Source of the DNA: Octopus sinensis
Lineage: Eukaryota
Length of the DNA: 64,000 bases
Direction: 5' to 3'
NCBI RefSeq assembly: GCF_006345805.1
Contig: NC_043010.1
Location: forward strand, 64,046,001-64,110,000
The translations under genes were made by a program, and so were the position numbers. The notes beneath the pieces were generated by a model. That model did not search any database. It saw only the letters and a list, made by a program, of their open reading frames with translations, and had not been told where the DNA came from. Of this stretch, positions 53,248 to 64,000 are shown one piece after another (the first letter of the stretch is position 1; each line of letters begins with the position of its first letter).

Positions 53248-54280
53248 CATCTGCCTGTCTGTCTATCTAAACACATAATACACCCAATGATCCTGGCGTT
53301 TGTAAGACTATAGGTAAGATATATATAAAGTATAAAATAGAAACTTCCTTATTTGGTTATCAAAATAATCTTTCATTAAAAAATACTTTCGAAACACAAA
53401 AATGAGGCGAGCATCCCAAATCTGATGCCGGCCCGGCTGAGTCAGCGGACAAGATTCTTCTTTCATTGCAGCTTCTTTCCATTTCACGTTGGGTGTTTAT
53501 TTTGAGAAATGCTTGTTGTTAACATAATCCGACTCTTCCTTCGCCCCTGGTGGGTTGCGCCTTTTTACCTAGTGCCTCGACCTGCTAGAAAAGGGCAGCT
53601 AAACAGACCCCGACTCGCATCCTATCATCTTGCCATGTATTAAGCTATCCTTGCCTTTCGCCGACTCACCTACTCATCAGCTTAACCATCTGTCTGTGCG
53701 TTCTTCCATCTGCCCCTCATTATCGCTATCCATCCCTGTCATCCATCCATCCATCCACCCGCACACCCACCTATCCTGCCACACCCTGTTGTTGTTTGTT
53801 TGTTCGTAACAAACTTTTATACACCCGGCAACAAATATGCGCGAACCAGTGAAGTGTCTCTATGTGGTCGCTCAACACGCAAGAAACAACAGCCGCCAAG
53901 AAGTAGGCATTTACGCAGTCACTCAAAATGCTAGAAAGAATAGGCAAAAGAAAGACCACTACGCGGTTGCGCAATGCTAGATTTAATATCCAAGAAGGGG
54001 GTCACTCAGTGGTTGCCTAATATGCTAGAAATAATAACCAAAAGAGAGAAAGAACAAGGGAAAGAGAGAAAGAGAAAGGTGGGGGGTGTATCTGAGGTAT
54101 ATAATAATAAAGAGAAAATGCAGTTAAGGCATCCAATTAGTTGCTTGGAGATCAGTCCCTACAGGCGTTCCTTCCTTCCTTCCGACCCCTTCTTTCTTTC
54201 TCTCCCTCACTCTCTTAGGATCAGCTGATCCCCGTATGGTTCTTGTTATTGTTGGCATAAATCGTGTACAAGCCTTGCGG

Positions 54281-54470
54281 TAGCGGTATTTCGTCTGCCG
54301 TTACGTTGTGAGTTCAAATTCCGCCGAGGTCGACTTTGCCTTTCATCCTTTCGGGGTCGATAAATTAAGTACCAGTTACGCACTGGGGGTCGATGTAATC
54401 GACTTAATACCTTTGTCTGTCCTTGTTTGTCCCCTCTATGTTTAGCCCCTTGTGGGTAATAAAGAAATAG
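54281..54470 (+). mobile_element. SINE family A (5' truncated)
   Basis: Body and tail match family A. Confidence 0.8.
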
Positions 54471-54651
54471 GTATTTAATTACGGTCCTAAGATCTGAGTT
54501 CAAACCCCCACCGCAGCCAACTTTGCCTTTTATCTTTCCGGGATCGATAAAATATAATGCTAAACAAATAACAGGGATCCATATAATCGACTGTTCCCTC
54601 TCCAACCCATAAAATTTCAGGCCTGTTGCCTATGTAAAAAAAAAAAAAAAA

Positions 54652-54811
54652 GGAGTGGCTGTGTGGTAAGTAGCTTGCTAACCAACCACATGGTTCCGGG
54701 TTCAGTCCCACTGCGTGGCATCTTGGACAAGTGTCTTCTGCTATAGCCCCGGGCCGACCAATGCCTTGTGAGTGGATTTGGTAGACGGAAACTGAAAGAA
54801 GCCTGTCGTTA

Positions 54812-54853
<42 letters not shown>

Positions 54854-55078
54854 GTGTGTGTGTGTGTTTGTGTGTCTGTGTTTGTCCCCCACAATATTGC
54901 TTGACAACCGATGCTGGTGTGTTTACGTCCCCGTCACTTAGCGGTTCGGCAAAAAAAGAGACCGATAGAATAAAGTACTGGGCTTAAAAAAAGAATAAGT
55001 CCCGGGGTCGAGTTGCTCGATTAAAAGGCGGTGCTCCAGCATGGCCGCAGTCAAATGACTGAAACAAGTAAAAAGAGT
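54652..55078 (+). mobile_element. SINE family B
   Basis: Same head, body and tail as 46179-46632. Confidence 0.85.
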
Positions 55079-55104
55079 AATATTGTTATGAATACTTTTT
55101 GCAG

Positions 55105-55146
55105 CGAATGGAACCTTCCCTTCTTTGCGTATCTCTACCGAATTTG
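55105..55146 (+). CDS. Candidate exon (e.g. EWNLPFFAYLYRI)
   Basis: Acceptor actttttgcag, donor TTG/GTAAAT; all three frames are open. Confidence 0.22.
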
Positions 55147-55471
55147 GTAAATATCCGGGCCAGTTTGGAAAAGTGAAATCTGAGATGGAAAGAATGCTCC
55201 ATATACCATAGAATAAATATTGCATATTTTACAACGTGTACCTATATACACGTCATACTTCCACACATACTCTATGTATCTACACACGCACACCCACATA
55301 TCTATACCCTCATATATCTATACACCCACATATCTATACACACACCACACCATATAGATTACAACTTGTCATATTTCATTACTTGTTCGACTGAATTCAA
55401 CAACGGCTAACAACTTTCCATCCTGACTAACTTTAACAGCATCAACCCTCACCCCCTCTCTGCCTTTCCCT

Positions 55472-56390
55472 TGTATGTAAGTATGTATGTGTGTGTGTGT
55501 TTGTATGTCGTATGTATGTATGTATGTATGTATGTATGTATGTATGTATGTATGTAGTATGTAAGTATGTATGTATGTATGTATGTATGTATGTTGCATG
55601 TATGTATGTAAGTATGTATGTATGTATGTATGTATGTATGTAGTATGTATGTATGTATGTAGTATGTAGTATGTAGTATGTAAGTATGTATGTATGTATG
55701 TAAGTATGTAGTATGTATGTATGTATGTTGCATGTATGTATGTAAGTATGTACGTAGTCGTATGTAGTAGTATGTATGTATGTATGTAATTGTATGTATG
55801 TATGTATGCATGTATGTATTTAGTATGTATGTATGTATGTATGTATATATGTATGTATGTATGTTATGTATGTATGTATATATGTATGTATGTATGTATA
55901 TATGTATGTATGTATGTTATGTATGTATGTATGTATGTATGTTGCATGTATGTATGTAAGTATGTATGTATGTATGTATGTATGTATGTACGTAAGTACG
56001 TATGTATGTAAGTATGTATGTATGTATGTATGTATGTATGTATGTATGTATGTATGTATGTATGTATGTTGCATGTATGTATGTAAGTATGTATGTATGT
56101 ATGTATGTATGTATGTATGTACGTAAGTACGTATGTATGTAAGTATGTATGTATGTATGTATGTATGTATGTACGTAAGTACGTATGTATGTAAGTATGT
56201 ATGTATGTAAGTATGTATGTATGTATGTATGTACGTAAGTACGTATGTATGTATGTATGTAAGTATGTATGTATGTATGTATGTATGTATGTATGTATGT
56301 ATGTATGTATGTATGTATGTATGTATGTATTTATGTATGTATGTATGTAAGTATGTATGTATGTATGCATGCATGTATGGATTGATGGAT
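55472..56390. repeat. (TATG)n tract
   Basis: Seen directly; further tracts at 47540-47780, 57672-57945 and 59320-59640 (complement). Confidence 0.95.
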
Positions 56391-56557
56391 TTAAATGTAT
56401 ATGTATGTACAAGTATATATATGTGTATACGTATGTATATGCAAAAAAACAAAAACAAAACAAAAAAACTAAAACCAAACCTGAAGTCAGTTACTTCGTT
56501 AAATGGAAAGCTTTAATATTTCGTACGAATTAATTATTTCATTAAACAAACGTTTAT

Positions 56558-56612
56558 ACATCTATATAACGTTTCGATCAGCTTGATATCCGATCATCAT
56601 CAGGTGGATGTG
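56558..56612 (-). ncRNA. Degenerate hammerhead motif (Penelope-like repeat)
   Basis: CUGAUGA-U-GAUCGG-AUAUCAAG-CUGAUC-GAAACGUUA has a 6-bp stem II. Stem I (ACAUCCAC/AUAGAUGU) has mismatches and is one nt out of register. Confidence 0.5.
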
Positions 56613-58048
56613 AACATAGGCACTGGAGTGAATTCGAACTAGCAACCCATATATCTAAAACTGAAATAGAAACACTGTTAACCACTCAGTAAATAGCTGC
56701 TTGTTCACACATCTGTGCTAGATATTTTTAAAACGACTAAGAAAATGTCTTTTGGCAGAATGGTTAGAGCGTCGAACGAATTCCTAGTGGTATGTTTTCT
56801 CGTTTTTTTTTTTTTCTACATTCTGAGTTCAAATCCTGTCGAAGTCACTTTGGGCTCGTCATCCTTTCGGTGTCTAAAGAAAACGGTCATTTACTGAAGT
56901 GGATTTCTTTCTCCTCTCCTAGAATCGACTGGTCCCTGCCTGATAGTTATTGAAACGTGACCAGGAGCCGCCGGTCGTAAGTGACTGAGTGAGGTCCTAG
57001 CCACCTCATCGCCTAAAATATATATCTTCCATACCAAGCCATAAAACAAACTAAATCTCTGCAACCACCCAGGAACTGATGCGGTGTGGACGGGCTAAGG
57101 AACGAAGAAAGGCAAAATCGCCTCCATGCACTTTTATAAGCTTTTTCTAAAAAAGAAATCTTGCGTAATTGTATAGTTGTTACCACGGACTCTTAATATT
57201 CGGCTATTAAAAAATAAAAATTTTTTTTTTCATTTTTTGTTAAAGAGAAAGCAGTAATATGCAAATCAAGTATAATTTGTTGTTGTTGTTGTTGCTTAGC
57301 CCCTGGTCAGCTCCGATTGAGCAGATGTCCGACTGTGAGCGAAACGTTTTAGACATGATCACTGCAACGTATCTTATTTTCAGGAATTATAAGCAGGACG
57401 ACATCATCCGAATACATTCATCCCCCGCTTTCTTTTTACGACAATAGTATGTGGTTTGATAGGAATTTAGTTGCTATTTCTAGCAGGTCAAGCGCCCATG
57501 TAGGAGCTCCTTTGTTGTGAGTACCGTGGTCGAGTTAATTGTCAGAAATCAATAATTAGTAAAATAAACGGTATTTTTCATTCACCCACAGGTTTTTTCA
57601 ATGATTAGGGGCCGTGAATATCCCTTTGTGTATGTCTTATTTATAGGCAAAACTTTGCGTATGAATTAACTTATGTATGTATGTATGTATGTATGTATGT
57701 ATGTATGTATGTATGTATGTATGTGTGTATGTATGTATGTGTGTATGTATGTATGTATGTGTGTATGTGTGTATGTATGTATGTATGTATGTATGTATGT
57801 ATGTATGTATGTATGTGTGTATGTATGTATGTGTGTGTGTATGTATGTGTGTATGTATGTATGTATGTATGTATGTATGTGTGTATGTATGTACGTATGT
57901 GTGTATGTATGTATGTATGTATGTATGCATGTATGTATGCACGTGTGGCGTGCGTGCATTTGACTAGTCGTCACCGGCGAAACTTCGAAGTTACAATATC
58001 TGCGAATTTCTCTCTCTCTCTCTCTATGTATGTATGTATGTATGTATC

Positions 58049-58272
58049 TCGACCCCAGTGCGTAACTGGTACTTAATGTATCGACCCCGAAAGGATGAAA
58101 GGCAAAAAAAAAAAAAAAAAAAATTCCGCCGAGGTCGACTTTGCCTTTCATCCTTTCGGGGTCGATACATTAAGTACCAGTTACGCACTGAGGTCGATGT
58201 AATCGACTTAATTTCGTTTGTCTGTCCTTGTTTGTCCCCTCTATGTTTAGCCCCTTGTGGGCAATAAAGAAA
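58049..58272. mobile_element. SINE A with its head replaced by an inverted copy of its own body (fold-back)
   Basis: 58049-58106 is the reverse complement of 58140-58197 at 57/58 nt. Confidence 0.85.
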
Positions 58273-58276
58273 CATA

Positions 58277-58324
<48 letters not shown>

Positions 58325-58381
58325 CATCCATCTATCCATCCATCCATCCATCCATCCATCCATCCATCCATCCATCCATCC

Positions 58382-58429
<48 letters not shown>

Positions 58430-60305
58430 GCCGAGTGGATGCTGGTGTAATTCAACGTGTTGAGTTGCGTCCCTTCTTGGAAAAAAAAAATGTAAAGTAA
58501 TGTAGTCGTTCGATAAATAGGTTTCGATAAAATAAATGCTAGCCCGATATAACTACTACAATTAATATGATCAATTAAAAGCTCTTGAGAGCAGTGCCCC
58601 AGCATGGCCACAATCCAAATAACGAAATCAGTAAAAGAACAGAATGTGTGTGTGTGTTATGTATATAAGTAGAAAAAAAATATTTGAGGATGGGAGAGAT
58701 ATGGAAGAGACCTACCTTAAGAGTAGCTATACCAGCAATGCTTAGAGATTAGCTACAACTCGACTGGGAGGAGTAAGAGGGTGGTAAAGGAACTGAGCGG
58801 TGTGTGTGCGTGCGTGCATGCGTGTGTGTTTGCGTGTGTGTGCGTTTGTGTGTGCGTGTGTGTGTGCGTGTGTGCGTGCGTGTATGTGTGTGTGTGTGTG
58901 TATTACGATAGTGGAGAAAATAGTAAAGAAGAAAGTTGGGGAGAGGAAAGGAGAGAAAAGCAGAGCAGAGAGCGAAAGAGACGGAGAGAGAAAAGAAGAC
59001 AAGAGAAGAGAAGATAAGAGAGAGAGAGAGAGAGAAAGAGACGGAGAGAGAAGAGAAGAGGAGAGAAGAGAGAGAGAGAGAAAGAGAGAGAATTGGAACC
59101 AAATCATGTATATATGGAAAGTTATTTTCTTTTTCTAAACAAGAAATTGTAGGAAGTAGTTGTATATAGATGGATAAATAGATAAATAAGATAATATGTA
59201 ACTGAACAGACGGTTCTAGAGGAAGATGTTTCTCAATATAACTAAATAAACAGACAACGAGACAGAGCTAAAACAGACAGACGGACTGACAGATGGACTT
59301 TTAGATAGGTAGGTAGATACATGCATACATACATATATACATACATATATACATACATACATATATACATACATATATACATACATACATATATACATAC
59401 ATATATACATACATATATACATACCATACATACATATATACATACATATATACATACATACATATATACATACATATATACATATATACATACATACATA
59501 TATACATACATATATACATACATACATACATATATACATACATATATACATACATATATACATACATACATATATACATACATACATATATACATACATA
59601 TATACATACATACATGCATGCATGCATACATACATACATACATGATGGCTGCCCCCTCGTTATCGAGTATAGCCATTGCACGAAGCTTAGCTGTTATTGG
59701 TGTTGAGATCGAGTGTGACTTTTATTTGCTTTTTAAGGCTACAGCCAGCCATTCAGTTGAGACTCACAGACAGCACCATCAACAATCATGAACAATGTTG
59801 TTATCGTACAATGTCTGTGCAAGAAGATTTCTTTTTTAAGTGAGGAAAGGCTGTGCACTGAGTTGATCCCACTCACTAAGCAACAGCAGCCATAATCCGA
59901 AAAGAAGAACAAGTCAACATCATCGGTAACCACCGAGCCGCAGGTTTTATTTCGGAGTTATCCCAGTTACCTGAGTTACCTTCTCCTAGAAGGATGCCCT
60001 AACAAAGGCTAGGAGTCCTTCACTCCCAATGGTTTAACCGCGCGATCGGGTATTCAGTCCGATTATTTCTATGTCCCCACGCATGATACAGCCTTAAGAC
60101 ATTTATTGGATGGCCGTTGACTCTCAAGAGTTCCTCCGCCTTTTGACGGGTTTTGTTTTTCATCCCGCAGGGTGTCCAATAAACACCCTCCTCACCAAGC
60201 AAGCTTGGTGGGGTTGCCGGTTTAGTCACCGACGGCCCGACCATGCAACAGGTTGTACTGGGTTACATGTTACCAGTAGCACTCGAAAGTGACCTGACAT
60301 AGCAT

Positions 60306-60342
<37 letters not shown>

Positions 60343-61533
60343 TACATACATACAAAAAATTGTAATCGTGCCACATGTATCCCATACTACTGATTTTTAT
60401 GCGCATATTTCAAAATTCCAGTCTTATTGAACCTGTTAAAAAGATTTTGCTCCTGAAGAATGAAGGTCATGGAGCTCTAAAATGTGAGAGGACCCTATTG
60501 AGGGTGGACATCTTAATGCCAACCAGAGAAGTTGAATTGTTGAAAATCTTTTTAACTTGGTCTTATATATATTGTTTGAATTTCTTTGAAATAGGAAATA
60601 TATGTTCACTGGGTTTGTAAAAAAGAGCTAAGCTACAGGAAACCAAAAGACGAATGATCACAATAAGCAGCCAGTTACCCTACCCTAGTCGTTACCACTC
60701 CCAATGTTGGATTCCTCACCATCCAGGTGACAGGCACAGCTGCAAGATACATTACGAATCTATAGCAATTGGAAGGGCGTTACCCCAACTGAAATCAACA
60801 TTAACAACTGTGACGTGAGGGCTAAGGAGAAATTAAAGTGTCACCTCTGGAGTTTGCAAATGACCACTATACTGATATGTAACTGGACAGAATAAATTTA
60901 CAATCTATAAATGTCTTTGAATAACCAGTCACTCATCTGGGAAGGCCTTGAAATCAATGTTACCATCTGGGGACTATGTGTGACCGAGTGATAATAAAAA
61001 GACTGAAAGGAGGTCTGCAATCAAATAACTTTACTCAACACTTTGCAACTGAATCAGTGGAGGCAAAGATGCCTCTCATTTACTTGACAATTTATGCAGC
61101 ACATTGCAGAACACAATCAAGTATATTGTCAAAGCAAACTGTTACACTGTTGTGCCATTGAATTAGATATAAGCCCAACTTTATGCTCGGGTAACCCTAC
61201 AGCTTCCAAGAGCACAACTGTATTCGTTTTTGCTTAGATAAAATGACAAAATGGTGGTGTTAAGTCCCCATGGAGGGGTCTTTCTGTAACTTTGTAAGAA
61301 GGTGAAATTTTATAAATATTACTTCATTTGTGTCTAATATCTATGGTTAAAATTCCATCAACAGCAAAAATATATGAATTGTCATGGGGTTATGGCCCTT
61401 ATGCATAGTATATAATTTCCAATTTCATAAAGATCCCATTCAGTACTTTGACCTAGTTTTGAATCATAAAAGAAATGACTAAAATTTGGGAGTTGGCTCC
61501 CATTAGGGTGTTATATATATATATATATATTTA

Positions 61534-61642
<109 letters not shown>

Positions 61643-61999
61643 ACACACACACATACAAAAAGATAAATTGATAGATACAACTGATTGGGCAAACAAAAAT
61701 AATAAGACACAGCCTAGTGCTTTTTTTATGTTGATAAGCCTAGTACTTATTCTATAGTTTGTTCTTGTGAAACCAGTAAGTTATGGGGATGTAAATAAAT
61801 GAACAGCAGTTGTGAAGCAGTGATGAGGGCGAAATACAGAGACAAAGACACACACATATACTTACATATATATACGATTAATTTGTTTCAGTTCCTGTCT
61901 ACGAAATCCATATATACTGTTGTTGGCATCCTTTTTGTCTCGGGAGACAATGGAGTTGTGCATAAAATAATCTAGTCCGGCTTTTACATTTCATGTCCT

Positions 62000-62705
62000 A
62001 ATACATCTCCTGCTGTGGCTGTGTAGTCCTATCCTGGACAAACACTCCCTCTGGCAGGTGCCGCAAATGTAGCGAAGACTTTGCCGGGCTGTTTATAATG
62101 TCATAGTTTCTTGTTGATGTCTTTTCTTGTCTTTCCATTTCTCCTCTCTCTCTCTCTCTCTCTATGTCACTCCTTTGCATTCCCTCTTTTACGGTACGTC
62201 GCCAATCTCCACGGTTGCTGGCAACTGCTTCCCTGTTGGTTATATTGATGTTACAGGCATTCATGTCCCTTTTGCAAACATCCTTGTATCGTAAGAACGG
62301 TCTTCCCACAGACCTAGTGCCCCTAGCAAGCTCTCCGTTGAGTATGTCCTTGGGGATTCTGCCATCTTCCATACGGCTAACATGTCCAAGCCATCTCATA
62401 CGTCTTTTGTGTGAGGAGTACAATGCTTGGTATTCCTGCTTGCTTGAGGACATCTTTGTTGGGGACATGATTCTGCCATTTGATGCGAAGGATTTTCCGG
62501 AGGCAGCGCAGGTGAAAGATATTTAGGCGACGTATGGCGTCGTATGGCGTGTGTATGGCGTCCAAGTCTCACTTCCATACAGTAGAGTGCTAAGTACACA
62601 TGCCTGGTAAATCTTCATTTTTGTAGTCTTGATCAGCTTATTGTTGTCCCATGCCCATTTGGGGAGTTGGGCCATTACAGCAACTGCATTGCCAATGCGT
62701 ATATT
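62000..62705 (-). mobile_element. RTE/BovB-like LINE ORF C-terminal remnant
   Basis: RRLNIFHLRCLRKILRIKWQNHVPNKDVL and RRMRWLGHVSRMEDGRIPKDILNGELARGTRSVGRPFLRYKDVCKRDM occur in shifted frames. Confidence 0.85.
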
Positions 62706-62830
62706 GAGATTAAAATTTAAAACATAGATTAAAATTTTAAAAATAGATTAAAATTTAAAAAATAGATTAAAATTTAAAAAAACAAATCTTTCTCTAAATA
62801 TTGTGAAGTATTTGAATATATATACCAATA

Positions 62831-63421
62831 GCGGCGAGCTGGCAGAACGCCGGGCGAAATGCTTAGCGGTGTTTCGTCGGCCGTTACGTTCTGAGTTCAA
62901 ATTCCGCCGAGGTCGACTTTGCCTTTCATCCTTTCGAGGTCGATTAAATAAGTACCAGTTACGCACTGGGGTCGATATAATCGACTTAATCCGTGTGTCT
63001 GTCCTTGTTTCCTCTCCTGTGTTTTGCCCCTTGTGGGTAGTAAAGAAATAGGTATTTCGTCTGCCGTTACGTTCTGAGTTCAAATTCCGCCGAGGTCGAC
63101 TTTGCCTTTCATTCTTTCAGGGTCGATAAATTTAGTACCAGTTACGCACTGGGGTCGATATAATCAATTTTATCTGTTTGTCTGTCCTTGTTTGCCCCTC
63201 TATGTTTAGCCCCTTGTGGGCAATAAAGAAATAAGAAACGTTAGCACGCTTAGTGGTGTTTCGTTTGTCTTTACGTTCTGAGATCAAATTCCATCGAGGT
63301 CGACTTAGCCTTTCATCTTTTCGGGGTCAATAAATTAAAAACCAGTTGCGTACTGGAGTCGATCTAATCGACTGGTCCCCTTCCCCAAAATTTCGGGCCT
63401 TGTGCCTAGAATAGAAAAGAA
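62831..63421 (+). mobile_element. Three head-to-tail SINE A-type copies
   Basis: Units at about 62831-63050, 63052-63232 and 63236-63421; the third has a different 3' tail. Confidence 0.8.
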
Positions 63422-63688
63422 TATATATACCTGTGTGTATGTGTGCTTGTGAGTGTGTGTGTGTGTGTATAAATACACTCAGAGAAGTACGTATGTATGT
63501 ATTTTTGTATGCATGTATGTAAAGATCTGCACTAAGTTTCCGTCTTTCGATTTTAAGGCTGCGTACACATCTTAATCTCACAATAATAAAAGCAATGGAA
63601 CATTGCAACATTGAGTTGTTATGGTTGGAACGCCTTTGATCATAGGGCTACTTCATTAGGGCCAACTTCAGTCCCAACTTTAATAAGC

Positions 63689-63742
<54 letters not shown>

Positions 63743-63760
63743 GTCTGTCTGTCTGCCTGC

Positions 63761-63798
<38 letters not shown>

Positions 63799-63818
63799 GT
63801 ACCTATATTTCTGTCTGT

Positions 63819-63918
<100 letters not shown>

Positions 63919-64000
63919 TATTTTATAACAGTTTGACTCGGCTCTGACGATCTAAAGTTCCCTGGGCTTGTAAGACGAACCCATCTCGTCAGGTATCTAG

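Noticed and set aside
53640-53685. Hammerhead-like CUGAUGAG..CGAAA (minus strand)
   Set aside because: Stem II is mismatched, there is no stem III, and the triplet at the stem I junction is UAG (not cleavable). At best a heavily decayed copy.
55369-55460. WD40-like peptide AVKVSQDGKLLAV (minus strand)
   Set aside because: No acceptor pyrimidine tract, very short, and upstream is microsatellite.
60110-60215. HDV-like ribozyme
   Set aside because: P1-, P3- and P4-like stems can be drawn, but there is no G1 start, no J4/2 C-x-A motif and no P2 3' strand.
60453-60475. CTGAAGA-ATGA/TCAT hairpin
   Set aside because: Followed by GGAG rather than GAAA.

Overview
Eukaryotic, AT-rich, repeat-saturated DNA. 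The SINE, LINE and microsatellite families match those I recall from Octopus (coleoid cephalopod) genomes; this is recall, not a database search. There are no prokaryotic features and no long real ORF: almost all entries in the ORF track are translated microsatellites. The window contains several tRNA-derived SINE families, RTE and CR1 LINE 3' remnants, a decayed Ty3/Gypsy RT-RNaseH segment, Tc1/mariner remnants, hAT-type and piggyBac-type (TTAA) MITEs, a 29-bp minisatellite, long tetra- and trinucleotide tracts and a 100-N gap. A CpG-retaining island at about 22.4-25.3 kb carries a good CTCF motif and GT donors. It may be the 5' end of a minus-strand gene, for which only a few short, unidentified candidate exons could be proposed. 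The most notable signal is a set of hammerhead-ribozyme motifs in several unrelated small repeat families, probably Penelope- or retrozyme-like. Two are essentially complete type I hammerheads (42.9 kb and 52.3 kb, minus strand), and the 42.9 kb one sits at the tip of a ~130-nt self-complementary rod.
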